DNA from: Anaeramoeba ignava BMAN | Taxonomy: Eukaryota; Protista; Anaeramoebae | Direction: 5' to 3' | DNA length: 64,000 nucleotides | Assembly: GCA_028826165.1 (NCBI GenBank) | Contig: JAPDFW010000103.1 | Location: 969,943-1,033,942 of the forward strand | Part shown: positions 24,301-38,121 of the stretch, one piece after another | Layout: each line of letters starts with the position of its first letter | Numbering within the stretch: the first letter of the stretch is position 1 | The notes under the pieces: model-generated | Databases searched by the model: none | What the model saw: only the letters and a program-made list of their open reading frames with translations | What the model was told of the DNA's origin: nothing | Made by a program: the position numbers and the translations under genes

Positions 24301-26068
24301 TGATCCAAATTTGGAGAGTTTTTCTCAGTATCAAATCCAGGATTTGCAAATGGATCTTCAAGGATTTGACATGGGATTTGGAGAAACAACAATGGAAAAT
24401 AAAAAGGATGAAGAGTTAATGAATGAGGATCAATTAGACGAAATGGAGCAATTAAATTTCGAGCAAGATTTGGTGCTCGAAATAGACTCGAAAAACGCAT
24501 TTAATGACATTATAACACAAGCTCTTCTCCTTGGAAAATATGAATTAGCTGTTGATTGTTGTTTCAAAAATAACAAGATTCCCGAGGCTTTTGTTTTGGC
24601 CTTTGCGGGAGGAGAAGAACTTTGGAAAAAAACACGGAATCGCTGGATCAAAGACACCAAATTCCCGTTTGCAGGACTGATTCACGCGCTTTCCGAAAAC
24701 AAACTTGAAGCCATCATCAAAAGAGTCGCAATCCAAAACTGGAAAGAAGCACTTAGTCTTCTCTCCACTTATGCACATCAGGATGATTTCCCTCATCTTT
24801 GCGATCTCTTGGCTCATCGCATTGAAAATGAATACAAAAATATTAACGCCGCAATTGTTTGCTACATTTGCTCAGGCAATCTTGAACGAGTTGTGCATCT
24901 TTGGAAGCAAGAATTCAAACTCGTTAATCAAGAATCAATTCTCGATCTTATTGAGAAATTTTTTGTTCTTCGAAAAGCAATTTCACAGGAAATTTTGCCA
25001 TCAAATATTCTTGTCTATCTCAAAAACTTCTTTGTTTTCTTGTCTTCAGAAGGTCTTACTTCTTTGGTTTCCCAATTTCTTGATATGATTTTTGCGAGTA
25101 AAAATGCTCTTGATTCGCTGTCAAAAAAAGATTATCAAAATTTTCTTGATCTCAAAAAAGTAATTGATGGCGCTGTTATTGTTCCTTCTCAATCAAGAGT
25201 TCTTCAATCAAAAACAATGCATGGTTTATTTGATTCTCACGAATCTGCAAATATTCCAAAAAGAAATAAAGGACCTTCATTTCCTCCCAATTTACAACGC
25301 AATCCTCAAAATAAAAACATGGGAAATTTCGGATTGCAACCACCATTACCATTTGATCAACGAGGAAAAACTGATCCAACACCAATTCAACCTACAATAT
25401 TGAATCCAGTACAGAATCCAATTTTAACACCAAATCCAATTTTAACACCAAATCCAATTTTAAATCCAAATCCAATTTTAACACAAAATCCAATTTTAAA
25501 TCCAATTCAAAATCCAATTCAAAATCCAATCCAAAATCCTATTCAAAATCCTATTTTAAATCAAAACCAAATTCATGTTTTCGATCCTTCTCAAAAAACT
25601 ATTTCTTCTCCTCAACAAACTCAAACTCATTTAACTTCTTCTCCTCCAAAAAAAATTCAAACTCAACAAGCTCAACCACAAAAACCAAAAGAAACAAAAC
25701 AGCAAAAAATTCAACCTCAAAATCAAACAAAACAAAACAAAGATCTTCCTTTAAAATACAAACCATTTGTTGATGATTTAAATCATTTTCTTCAAGAAAT
25801 CCTTTCAAATCCAAAAGCTGCAAGATTTGTTTCTCAAGCTAAAAAAGCACAGGAAAAATTGATACCTTTTTATAACGATCTTTATGATGAAAAAATTTCA
25901 GATTCAACTTTGCAAAAATTAACTGGTTTAATTAATCTCACAAAAAATAAAAATCAATCAGAGTATCAAAAATTAGTTCTTGATATTTCAAAGAATGATT
26001 GGGAAGAAGTTAAAAATGGATTTGTTACTATCAAATGGATTACAAAAACAATCATTTCATTAAAATAA
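21372..26068 (+). CDS. SEC31: COPII outer coat protein Sec31
   Basis: Exons 21372-21848, 22743-22988, 23057-23143 and 23492-26068. N-terminal WD40 (GVLAAGMNDGSINLWNP, LWDLRN, GHKRGV...WCPFDSQLLLTAGRD), PKWMKKP, ACE1 region (NWKEALSLLSTYA, AAIVCYICSGN), Pro-rich linker and C-terminal helical domain. Confidence 0.93.
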
Positions 26069-26232
26069 TTTTTCTTTTTTCTTTTTTCTTTCAAAAAACA
26101 ATTTTTCTTTTTTAAAAAATTTTCTTTTCTTTTTTAATCATAAATTTCATTTCAAAAGAAACTAGAATCTCAAAATAAAAAAAGATTCCAAATTCATTCA
26201 AAATCTTTTTAAAAATTTTCTTTTAAATCTTT

Positions 26233-28890
26233 TTAAACATCAAAAAGATTAAGAGTTGATTGAATTGGTGTTCGGCAAATTGGACAAATTCCTGTTGAGT
26301 TTTGTATTTCTTTTGCACAATTACTACAAAGTGCATAATGTTTGCATGGAAGTAATAATGTATCTTTTGGATTTTCTAAGCAAACCTTACAAAGTTTTGA
26401 ATCATCTAAATCATCTAAATTTTCATTTTGATTTTGATTTTGATTTTGATTTTGATTTTGATTTTGATTTTGATTTTGATTTTGATTTTGATTTTGAATT
26501 TGATTTTGATTTTGATTTTGATTTTGATTTTGATTTTGATTTTGATTTGGATATTGATTTTGATTTATTGGGTTTGGGTATTCATTTGGATATTGATTTT
26601 GATCTGGATTTGGATATTCATTTGGATATTGATTTTGATTTATTGGGTTTGGATTTGGATATTGATTTTGATTTATTGGGTTTGGATTTGGATATTGATT
26701 TTGATTTGGATATTGATTTTGATTTTGATTTATTGGGTTTGGATTTTGATATTGATCATAAAAAGAATTGTATTTTTCTTTGTCTTTTTCAGATTCAAAA
26801 TATTTGTATTTATATCTTTTTGCTCTTCTAAAAAATTTTCCTTTTTTGTGATAAGGAGTCTCATATTTATCTGCTCGAAGAAAATAAGGCTTATGTGCTT
26901 TTTTAGGTTGATAAAATAATTGAGGTTGATTTGAATTTGTTGGATAAAATAATGGAGGTTGGCTTGGATTTGGTGGATAAAATATTCGATTTTGGTTCAT
27001 TTGATTTTGATTCATTTGATTTTGATTCATTTGATTTTGATTCATTTGATTTTGATTTATTTGATTTTGATAAATTTGAGTTTGATTCATTGGAATTGGA
27101 GTAATTTGATTTTGATTCATTTGATTTTGATAAATTTGAGTTTGATTCATTTGATTTTGATTCATTTGATTTTGATTCATTTGATTTTGATTAATTGGAA
27201 TTGGAGTAATTTGATTTTGATTCATTTGATTTTGATTCATTTGATTTTGATTCATTTGATTTTGATTCATTTGATTTTGATTCATTTGATTTTGATTTAT
27301 TGGAATTGGAGTAATTTGATTTTGATTTATTGGAACTCTATTTATTTGATTTGAATCACTTGATGTATCACTTGTTGAATCACTTGTTGAATCACTTGTT
27401 GAATCGCTTGTTGAATCACTTGTTGTATCACTTGTTGAATCACTTGATGTATCACTTGTGTATTTTTTTCTATAACTTTTTGAATAATTTTTTTTATATT
27501 TTTGCTTAATTTCTTTTTTTGGTTTTTGTTGTTTTTGCTTATTTTTTTCTAATAAATTTTTTGAACTTGATTTTATTTCTGTAAATTGTTGTTGATCAAC
27601 AAATCTAACATGAGTAGATGGAAAATATCCTATTCTTCCTTTTGATTTTCCTTTCCAAAAACTTTCATTTGGAGTTTCAAGAACTTTTATAAATTCACCT
27701 TTAAAAATTTTTAGCATTTGAGGATTAGTTGAGTCAAAAGTTTTAGTAACATAAGCATTTCTTGATTTTTCTTTTGATTTTTCTTTTGATTTTGTTTTAA
27801 ATTTTTCTTTTGATTTTTCTTTTGATTTTTCTTTTGATTTTTCTTTTGATTTTTCTTTTGATTTTTCTTTTGATTTTTCTTTTGATTTTTCTTTTGATTT
27901 TTCTTTTGATTTTTCTTTTGATTTTTCTTCTTTTTGTCCTGTTATTTTTTTAATTGCAAATTTTCGAACTTTTTTTATTAGAGAATTTGCTTTTTTAGCC
28001 AAACCTGATTGATTTGTATTTTCTTCTTCATGTTTTTTCTGATGTGAATGTTTTTTATGTGAATGTTTTTTATTTTGATTTTTATTAGAATAATATTTTT
28101 GATTTTGATTTTGATTTTGATTTTTATTTTGATTTTCAAATTGATTTTTATTTTTATTTTTATTTTTATTTTTATTTTTATGAGAATGTTTTTTATTTTC
28201 AAATTGATTTTGATTTTTATTTTTATGAGAATGTTTTTTATGAGAATGTTTTTTATTTTCAAATTGATTTTGATTTTTATTTTTATTTTCAATTTGATTT
28301 TGATTTTCAATTTGAATTTGATTTTCAATTTGATTTTGATTTTGATTTTGATTTTGATTTTGATTTTGATTTTGATTTTGATTTTTATTTTTATGAGAAT
28401 GTTTTTTATGATAATGTTTTTTATGATAATGTTTTTTATTTTCAAATTGATTTTGATTCTGATTTTGAATTTGATTTTGATTTTGATTTTGATTTTGATT
28501 TTTATTTTTATTTTCAATTTGATTTTGATTTTTATTTTGATTTTGAATTTGATTTTGATTTTGATTTTCAATTTGATTTTCAATTTGATTTTCAATTTGA
28601 TTTTGGTTTTGAATTTGATTTTTATTTTTATGAGAATGTTTTTTATGAGAATGTTTTTTATTTTCAAATTGATTTTGATTTTGATTTTGATTTTGATTTT
28701 GATTTTGATTTTGATTTTGATTTTGATTTTGGTTTTCAATTTGATTTTGATTTTCAATTTGATTTTGAATTTGATTTTTATTGTAATTTGATGTTTTATG
28801 TGTTTTTTTAAGTGATTTATTAAATGATTTATTAAATGATTTAGTTGATTGTTTGAATACTTTTTTAGAAGAATGGTTAAAAATAGACAT
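26233..28890 (-). CDS. Low-complexity protein with SH3 domain and C-terminal RING-HC finger (putative E3 ligase)
   Basis: 885-aa ORF. SH3: AYVTKTFD...[12 protein letters not shown]...[22 protein letters not shown]: CKVC...[14 protein letters not shown]...CPICR. Confidence 0.85.
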   Translation of the reverse strand: MSIFNHSSKKVFKQSTKSFNKSFNKSLKKTHKTSNYNKNQIQNQIENQNQIENQNQNQNQNQNQNQNQNQNQNQFENKKHSHKKHSHKNKNQIQNQNQIENQIENQIENQNQNQIQNQNKNQNQIENKNKNQNQNQNQNQIQNQNQNQFENKKHYHKKHYHKKHSHKNKNQNQNQNQNQNQNQNQNQIENQIQIENQNQIENKNKNQNQFENKKHSHKKHSHKNKNQNQFENKKHSHKNKNKNKNKNKNQFENQNKNQNQNQNQKYYSNKNQNKKHSHKKHSHQKKHEEENTNQSGLAKKANSLIKKVRKFAIKKITGQKEEKSKEKSKEKSKEKSKEKSKEKSKEKSKEKSKEKSKEKSKEKFKTKSKEKSKEKSRNAYVTKTFDSTNPQMLKIFKGEFIKVLETPNESFWKGKSKGRIGYFPSTHVRFVDQQQFTEIKSSSKNLLEKNKQKQQKPKKEIKQKYKKNYSKSYRKKYTSDTSSDSTSDTTSDSTSDSTSDSTSDSTSDTSSDSNQINRVPINQNQITPIPINQNQMNQNQMNQNQMNQNQMNQNQMNQNQITPIPINQNQMNQNQMNQNQMNQTQIYQNQMNQNQITPIPMNQTQIYQNQINQNQMNQNQMNQNQMNQNQMNQNRIFYPPNPSQPPLFYPTNSNQPQLFYQPKKAHKPYFLRADKYETPYHKKGKFFRRAKRYKYKYFESEKDKEKYNSFYDQYQNPNPINQNQNQYPNQNQYPNPNPINQNQYPNPNPINQNQYPNEYPNPDQNQYPNEYPNPINQNQYPNQNQNQNQNQNQNQNQIQNQNQNQNQNQNQNQNQNQNQNQNENLDDLDDSKLCKVCLENPKDTLLLPCKHYALCSNCAKEIQNSTGICPICRTPIQSTLNLFDV

Positions 28891-29083
28891 TTTTAGAATA
28901 AAATAAAATAAAAAAATTTAACTTTTGATTTATAAAAAATAAAAATGAAAAAAGAAAAAAGGAAAAATAAAAAAAAAATGAAAAAAAGGAAAAAAAAAAT
29001 AAAAACAATTTTTCTCCTTTTATTTTTCATTTTTTTTTTCTCCTTTTATTTTTCTTTTTTCTTTTTTCTTTTAAAAAAAAAGA

Positions 29084-32000
29084 ATGATAAGCAAATTATC
29101 TAAAAGAGAAGAAGCAGTTTTAGAATTAATTGAAACTGAATTTTCTTATGTAAGAAATTTGGAAGTTGTAGTTAATATTTTTTTAGAACCGATTGTAAAA
29201 CAAGGAATTTTATCAAAACCAGATATTGCAATGATTTTTTCAAATATAGAAACAATTTATTGGATTAATAAGTTAATTTGTCAAGAAATTGATGCAAAAA
29301 TTTCTCAAACAGAAAATTATAATATAAATGAAATTAGAATTGGAAAATTGTTTAAATCTTTATCAGGTCAATTTAATATTTATAGACATTATTGTCGTGA
29401 CCATTCTGATGCTAATCAAACTTTTAAGAAGGTTTTGAATCAATCTAATTTTGCAAAATTTCATAAACAAGCTTCTGAAAAAAAAGAATGTTCTAAAAAA
29501 ATTTTACCTGATTTTTTGATTGAACCTGTTCAAAGATTAATGAAATATCCTTTGCTTTTACAAGTAGTTTATTTTAATATTTAATTTCAATATTTATTTT
29601 AATATTTATTTTAATATTTAATTTAATATTTATTTTAATATTTAATTTAATATTTATTTTAATATTTATTTTAATATTTATTTTAATATTTATTTTAATA
29701 TTTATTTTAATATTTAATTTAATATTTAATTTAATATTTAATTTAATATTTATTTTAATATTTAATTTAATATTTAATTTAATTTTTATTTCAATATTTA
29801 ATATAATATTTATTTTAATATTTATTTTTAATATTTATTTTAATATTTAATTTTTAAATATTTATTTTAATATTTAATTTAATATTTATTTTTATTATTT
29901 AATTTAATATTTAATTTAATATTTATTTTAATATTTATTTTTAATATTTATTTTAATATTTATTTTAATATTTATTTTTAATATTTATTTTAATATTTTA
30001 TTTTAATATTTAATTTAATATTTAATTTAATATTTGTTTTAATATTTATTTTTTAATATTTATTTTAATATTTATTTTTAATATTTATTTTTAATATTTT
30101 TTTCAATATTTTTAATTTTTAATATTTAATTTAATATTTTATTTTAATATTTATTTTTAATATTTATTTTAATATTTATTTTTTTAATATTTAATTCAAT
30201 ATTTAATTTTAATATTTATTTTAATATTTATTTTTAATATTTATTTTAATATTTATTTTTTAATATTTATTTTAATATTTTTTTATTTATTTTTAATATT
30301 TTTTTTAATATTTATTTTAATATTTATTTTAATATTATTTTTATTTTTAATATTTAATTTAATATTTAATTTAATATTTATAATATTTATAATATTTAAT
30401 TTAATATTTATTTTTAATATTTATTTTAATATTTAATTTATTATTTCATTTATTATTTATTTTTAATATTTAATTTAATATTTAATTTAATATTAAATTT
30501 AATATTTAATTTAATATTTATTTTAATATTTATTTAAATATTTATTTTAATATTTATTTTTAATATTTATTTTAATATTTATTTTAATATTTATTTTAAT
30601 ATTTATTTTAATATTTAATTTGAATATTTATTTTATTATTTTAATATTTATTTTAATATTTATTTTAATATTTAATTTGAATATTTATTTTATTATTTTT
30701 AATATTTTTTTAATTTTTAATATTTATTTTTTTTAATATTTATTTTAATATTTATTTTTAATATTTTATTTTTAATATTTATTTTAATATTTATTTTAAT
30801 ATTTATTTTAATATTTATTTTAATATTTATTTTTAATATTTATTTTTAATATTTATTTTAATATTTATTTTAAATATTTAATTTAAATATTTAATTTAAA
30901 TATTTATTTTTAATATTTATTTTAATATTTATTTTAATATTTATTTTAATATTTATTTTTAATATTTATTTTGTATTTATTTTAATATTTATTTTAATAT
31001 TTATTTTAATATTTATTTTAATATTTATTTTAATATTTTATTTTAATATTTATTTTTAATATTTATTTAAATATTTATTTTTAATATTTATTTAACATTT
31101 ATTTTTAATATTTATTTTAATATTTATTTTAAATATTTAATTTTTTTAATATTTATTTTAATATTTAATATTTATTTAAATATTTATTTTAATATTTATT
31201 TTTAATATTTATTTTAATATTTATTTTAATATTTATTTTAATATTTATTTTAATATTTATTTTAATATTTATTTTAATATTTATTTTAATATTTATTTTA
31301 ATATTTATTTTAATATTTATTTTTTTAATATTTATTTTAATATTTATTTTAATATTTATTTTTAATATTTATTTTAATATTTATTTTAATATTTATTTTA
31401 ATATTTATTTAATTTTTAATATTTAATTTTAATTTATTTATTTATTTTAATTATTTATTTTTATTATTTATTTTTAATATTTATTTTAATATTTATTTTA
31501 ATATTTAATTTAATATTTATTTTAAATATTTATTTTAATATTTATTTTTAATATTTATTTTAATATTTATTTTAATATTTATTTTAATATTTATTTTAAA
31601 TTTAATTTAATATTTATTTTAATATTTATTTTAATATTTATTTTAATATTTATTTTAAATATTTAATTTTAATATTTATTTTAATATTTATTTTTAATAT
31701 TTATTTTTAATATTTATTTTAATATTTATTTTAATATTTATTTTAATATTTATTTTAATATTTATTTTAATATTTATTTTAATATTATTTATTTTAATAT
31801 TATTTATTTTAATATTTAATTTAATATTTATTTTAATATTTAATTTAATATTTATTTTAATATTTATTTTAATATTTATTTTAATATTTATTTAAATATT
31901 TATTTAAATATTTAATTTAATATTTATTTTAATATTTAATTTAATATTTAATATTTAATTTATTATTTATTTTAATATTTATTTTAATATTTATTTTATT

Positions 32001-33974
32001 ATTTCAATAATTTGAAAATAAAAAGGAAATTATTAAATATACAGACAACGATCATCCTGATTATCAAGATTTACAAGATGCTAAAAAATCAATTCAAGAT
32101 ATTATCGAATTCATTAACGAAGATAAAAGAGAAATGGAAAATCAAGAAAAACTTATTCTTTTACAAAATTCAATCGAAGGACTTCCTTCAAATATAATAT
32201 TAACAAATAATAAAAGAAAATTAATATTAGAAGGAGCAGTTGCTAAAATTTCTCACGGTCGATCACAAGAAAGATACTTCTTTTTATTCGATGATATCCT
32301 AATTTATTCAAAAATACTTTCTTTAAAAAAATCAAAATATCAATATAAAGACTCAATTCCTCTTTCAGTTATATTAATTAATGAAATTCAAGATTCACCA
32401 AAAAGTATAAAATATTATTTATTTATTAATTAATCAACCAATTTTTTTGTTTTAATTCAAATTTATTCAAATTTTAAGAGGATACATCATTTCAATTAAT
32501 TAGAAGTGATAAAAAAACTAAATATATTTTGAATTTCAAATCCAAATATGAAAGAGATCAATGGTTTAAAGAAATTGAAAAATATTCAACTCAAAAAATT
32601 GCAGAAAGTTCTGAAAATTCATTAGTAAAAAGTGTGTAGAAAATATTTTTTTAAAATTCAAATTCTTTTTTGATTTAAATTAAATTTTCAAATTAAATTT
32701 TCAATTTAAGATCCAAGAAGAACACTTGCTAAATCTTTTAGAAATACTTCAATGATTGATCTTCTTTCAACAAACGTTACTCAAAATCAACTTTCTTTTG
32801 ATGAAGTTCAAAAACAACTTTTAGAAAAATTTAATTCACTTCCTAATGAAGTAAATGAATCTAATATTCAAATTGTTGATGATCAAAATTATAAAGGTTT
32901 TGAAAATGAAATGGAAATTATTAAACCAAGAGAAGATGTTATTGAAAAAGCAAATTTACAAACATTAATTAATATTGAGAAACAAATACAATTTAATTCA
33001 AAAAATGTAGGAAATTAAAATTTTAAATTCAATTTAAAACACAAATAATTTTTCCTTTCTTTTCTTTTCTTTTCTTAGAAATTTCAACTTTCTTCAAGTG
33101 AAAGAAAATTTATTGTTGAAGGAGAACTTAAAAAAATTTCAGAATCAGGAAAGAAATCTTCAATTCATCTTTGGTTATTTAATGATGGAATTATTATTGC
33201 TTCCAAAATGAGATTTAAAACAAAATATCAATTCAAAAATTTTATTCCAATTTCTTCAATTACTCAAACAAGAATATTATCAAATACAGAAAGTAAATCA
33301 AATCATTTTATTTTAATTTATTTTAATTTAATTTAATTTAACTTAAATTAATTTATTTTAACTTAGTTCTTCAAAATTCCTTTTCAATTTTACAAAAAAA
33401 TTCCAAGAAAAAATTGATTTTTAGATGTGAAAGTGATGAAGATAAAGTAATGTGGGTTAATTTAATCCGAAAACAAATGAAATTAAATTCGATTGAAAAA
33501 GAAAATCAAGAAAAAGAAAAAGAAGAAAATAATCAAGAAAATAATCAAGAAAATAATCAAGAAAATAGAGAGAATCTTTCAACAATAAGTACTTTTACTG
33601 AAACAAGTGAAAATGATGAAATTGAAATTCCAGAAATTAATCAAGAACAAGAAATTGAAAATGAAAATGAAATTGAAATTGAAAATGAAAATGAAAATGA
33701 AATTGGAATTGAAAATGAAATTGGAATTGAAAATGAAATAATTGATGAAAAACCTCCACCTCTTCCTCCTAAAATTAATACTATGTTTACAAAAGAAATT
33801 TTATTAACTAAAAATCAAAATGAACTTATTCAAATTTTTCTTTCTATTCAAAAAAAATATCAAAATTTTAAACAAAAAAAGATTAATTTAAAAAAATTAT
33901 TTGAAGAAAAACAAAACGAATTTTATATTTTTCTTGATAAATTAACACAAGATATTCATCAAGAATATTATTAA
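29084..33974 (+). CDS. Dbl-homology RhoGEF with two PH domains
   Basis: DH motifs ELIETEFSYVRNL and LIEPVQRLMKYPLLLQ|EIIKYTDNDHPDY, spliced 29563 to 32026. PH motifs RKLILEG...RYFFLFDDILIYS and RKFIVEGELKK...HLWLFNDGIIIA. About 6 exons. Confidence 0.9.
29564..32025 (+). repeat. 2.4-kb intron made of a ~12-bp minisatellite (ATTTATTTTAAT)
   Basis: GT at 29564 and AG at 32024-32025, with a degenerate tandem 12-mer throughout. Confidence 0.9.
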
Positions 33975-34211
33975 ATTTAAAAAATTAAAAAAATTTAAAA
34001 AATTAATTTGTTATTTTTTTTTGTATTTAAAAGAAATGTTTTCTATCTTATTGAATTTGAAATGAAAAAAAGAAAAAATTTTTTTGAAAAAGAAATTTAA
34101 AAGAAAAATTGTTTTCGTTTTGTGATTTTGAAAAGAAAAAAAAAAGGAACGAGAAAAGAGAAATGGAATGGAGAGTAAAAAATTGAAAGAAGGAAAAGAA
34201 ATTCAATCCAT

Positions 34212-35807
34212 TTAATTATCATCATCATCATCATTATCATCATCATCGTCATTATCATCATCATCATTATCTTGATTTTCTTGATATTTCTTTCTAGCTT
34301 CTTCAATTTTATCCAAAACACGTTGTTTTCTTTGTTCTAAAGTAAGTCTTTGTTTTTTGTAAGATTTTGGTTTCAAATTTGGATCTTTTTCTTTTGGTTT
34401 ATGAACTGGATCTGCTCTAATTGCTGCATGTGCTTTTGTGTAAATTTCTTCAAGATCTTCTGCTTTGATTCCTTCTTTGATATATCTTGAAAATTGTCTT
34501 TGGTATTTTGCTTCATCATTTTCTTGAAGATATGTCATATAATCTGCAACATTTTGTCCGAAAATATATGAACGATGAACTTGTGGATCATAATTATCTT
34601 CTTTGTATCCTGGGAATCTTTTAGTGCTATGAGGAATATTTAATCCACCATCACAAGCTCCCTTTAATAAAAAATTTAAATAACATGAAATTAATAAAAA
34701 ATTAATAAAAAATTAAAATAAAATTTTCAATAACATGAAATTAAATAAAAATTTTCAATAACATGAAATTAATAAAAATATTTTACCTTCATTGCTCCAA
34801 AAATTTTGGCTCCTGTTGTTGTTCTTGCTAAACCAACATCAAGGATACATTTGAAAGGTCTTCTGTTTTCTAATTCTTCTGGATGATATTCTTCACCATT
34901 TGGTTCTTTTACTCCTTCAAACATTTTATCCATTCCTAATTTTACTAAAACTCTTCTTGCACATAATAAACCAGTTGCATAAGCAGCAGCATAATTAGTT
35001 AAACCAAGTTTGATTCCATATTTTGGTAACTCTGTTGAATAAGCAGCACAGAAAACTAAATCTCCATTTATTCTAGAAGAAATGATTTGGCAAGTAATTT
35101 TACGATTTGAAAAACGAACAACAAATCTATTTTTATAATTTTAATTTTAATTTTAATTTTAATTTTAATTTTAATTTTAATTTTAATTTTAATTTTAATT
35201 TTGATTTTTATTTTAATTTTAATTTTAATTTTAATTTTAATTTTAATTTTAATTTTAATTTTAATTTTAATTATAATTTTAATTTGAATTTCAATTTATA
35301 AATGAATTATAAATGAATTTTAATTTTAATTTTAATTTTAATTTTAATTTTAAATTTTAATTTTATAATTTTGATTTTAATTTTAAATTTTAATTTTAAA
35401 TTTTAATTTATAAATGAATTTTAATTTTGATTTTGATTGTGATTTTGATTTTAATTTTAATTTTAATTTTATAAATGAATTTCAATTTTTATTTTAATTT
35501 TAATTTTAATTTTATAAATGAATTTTAATTTTAATTTTAATTTTGATTTTATAAATGAATTTTAATTTTAATTTTAATTTTAATTTTATAAATGAATTTT
35601 AATTTATAAATGAATTTTAATTTTATAAATGAATTTTAAATGAATTTTAATTTATTACCTGTATTTTGGAGTGTCATATTTATTCTTATCTTGAAGAATT
35701 AATCTTTTTCTTGCATAATAATCTGTTTTCCCTTCTCGGCGTCTTCGGAATTTTGTTTGAAATCTTGAAAAATATGCTTTTGTTTTTGTTATTTTAATAA
35801 ATTTCAT
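34212..35807 (-). CDS. RPL5: 60S ribosomal protein L5 (uL18), 3 exons
   Basis: [58 protein letters not shown], and [15 protein letters not shown]. Exons ~35807-35659, 35127-34788 and 34661-34212. Confidence 0.97.
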
Positions 35808-36512
35808 CCGAAAGCTTTAATAGAAGAGATTTTATTATTATTTTTTTTTTTTAAATTAAAAAAAAAATGAAAAATTAAATTAAAAAAAAAATTTTTTTTT
35901 TCTTTTTTTTGTTTTAATTAAAAAAAGAAAGGAGAAAAATAAAAAATAAAAAATAAAAAAAAAAGAAAAAGGAGAAAAATTCTTTTTATTAATAACTTTT
36001 CCTTTTTTTTATCCTTTTTTAATTAAATTATAAATTTGAAATCTTTCTAAAATTTTCTAAATTCTTTAATTCTTCAATTAAAATTATATTTAAATATTTT
36101 TAAATAAAATAAAAATTCTCTTTTTTTCTTCTTTGAATTTTTCTTTTGTTTAAATAAAAATAAATATAAATTTAAAAATCAAAATCAATTTAAAAAAATC
36201 ATTTCAAAATAAAATCTTTAAATCTCAATTAAATAAAACTATTAAATTAAATGAAATAAATTAATTTAAATTTTTCATTTATTTTTTTTTGAAAATTGTT
36301 TTTAAAAGAAAAAAAAGAATGAAATTAAATCTAATCTGAAAATTTGAATGAAAAAAAGAAGAGTAACAATTTTTTTAAAACTTTTTAAAATTTCTGAATT
36401 ATTTAAAAGCATTTTAAATTTAGAGATAAAATTTCCGATTAAAAAATTAATTATCTTTTTTTTTTGTTTTAAATTTAAAAATTAAATTAAAAAATTTTTT
36501 TGAATGTTGAAT

Positions 36513-36722
36513 TTAAATTAAATTTTTTTTACAAGAATAATTAAGTAATTTTTCTATTAAATCAACATGTGTCATAAGCATTCTTCTACAACAATATCTA
36601 TGACATCCAATTTCATCAAGTGCTTCACTTTCTGAAAGTCCATATTTAATTAATAAAAGATATGCATCCCATTTATTTCCTATAATTGTATTGCAAGTCC
36701 AACATCTTATTGGAATTATCAT
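36513..36722 (-). CDS. RPB10: RNA polymerase I/II/III shared subunit RPB10
   Basis: [10 protein letters not shown]...[21 protein letters not shown]. Confidence 0.96.
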   Translation of the reverse strand: MIIPIRCWTCNTIIGNKWDAYLLLIKYGLSESEALDEIGCHRYCCRRMLMTHVDLIEKLLNYSCKKNLI

Positions 36723-36759
36723 TTTAAAAAAGAAAAAAAATGAAAAAAATGAAAATTAT

Positions 36760-37735
36760 TTTAATTTAATATTTAATTTATAAATTAATTTAGAAATATA
36801 ATTTAATATTTAATTTTATTATTAAAATAATAATTTAATGTTTTAAATTTAAATATTTTCTTATTTAAATATTTAACATATGAATATAAAAAATAAGAAT
36901 AGATTTAATTTAATATTTAATTTATAAATTAATTTAAAAATATAATTTAATATTTAATTTTATTATTAAAATAATAATTTAATGTTTTAGAGTTAAATAT
37001 TTCATTATTAAAATATTTAACACATAAAATATAAAAAATAAGAATAGATTTAATTTAATATTTAATTTATAAATTAATTTAAAAATATAATTTAATATTT
37101 AATTTTATTATTAAAATAATAATTTAATGTTTTAAATTTAAATATTTTATTATTTAAATATTTAACATAAAAATATAAAAATGAGAATAGATTTAATTTA
37201 ATATTTAATTTGTAAATTAATTTAAAAATATAATTTAATATTTAATTTTATGTTTAAAATAATAATTTAATGTTTTAGATTTAAATATTTTATTATTTAA
37301 ATATTAAACATATAAATATAAAAATGAGAATAGGTTTAATTTAATATTTAATTTATAAATTAATTTAAAAATATAATTTAATATTTAATTTTATTATTAA
37401 AATAATAATTTAATGTTTTAGATTTAAATATTTTATTATTTAAATATTTAACATAAAAATATAAAAAATAAAAATAGATTTAATTTAATATTTAATTTAT
37501 AAATTAATTTAAAAATATAATTTAATATTTAATTTTTATGTTTAAAATAATAATTTAATGTTTTAGATTTAAATATTTTATTATTTAAATATTAAAACAT
37601 ATAAATATAAAAATAAGAATAGATTTAATTTAATATTTAATTTATAAATTAATTTAAAAATATAATTTAATATTTAATTTTATGTTTAAAATAATAATTT
37701 ATTGTTTTAGATTTAAATATTTTATTATTTAAAAA
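36760..37735. repeat. ~144-bp tandem repeat (6-7 units) upstream of BTB-TLDc copy 2
   Basis: The AATAGATTTAATTT marker recurs at ~36901, 37046, 37189, 37332, 37476 and 37621. Confidence 0.85.
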
Positions 37736-38121
37736 TATTTTGAAAATTGATTTTTGAAATTAAAATTTTATCTTTTTGAATTAAATTGAATTAATATTAA
37801 TTTGGAAATTTGTTTTAAAAATTTAAATTTATTAATAATTTTTAAATTCCAAAAAAAAAATTAAATTAAAAATTAAATTAAAATAATTTTCCTTTTTTTT
37901 TAATAAAAAAAATTAATAAAAAAAAATAATAATTTATTAATAAATTAATTTAAAATAATAAATTAAAAAGAAAATTAAATTAATTATTAATTTAAATTTA
38001 TTCTTATTTTTTATATTTTTATTTATTTTCAAAATCCACTTTTTTTATTCATTTTTTTTTTAATTTTTTTTTTTCATTTTTTTCCTTTTTTTTTAAAACA
38101 CAAAAAACAAAAAAAAACAAA

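Noticed and set aside
26256-28791. Overlapping ORFs of IL/IK/FD/NF repeats (also near 24029, 35107, 43514, 47234, 49810 and 50375)
   Set aside because: These are alternative-frame or antisense readings of hexamer microsatellites, not genes.
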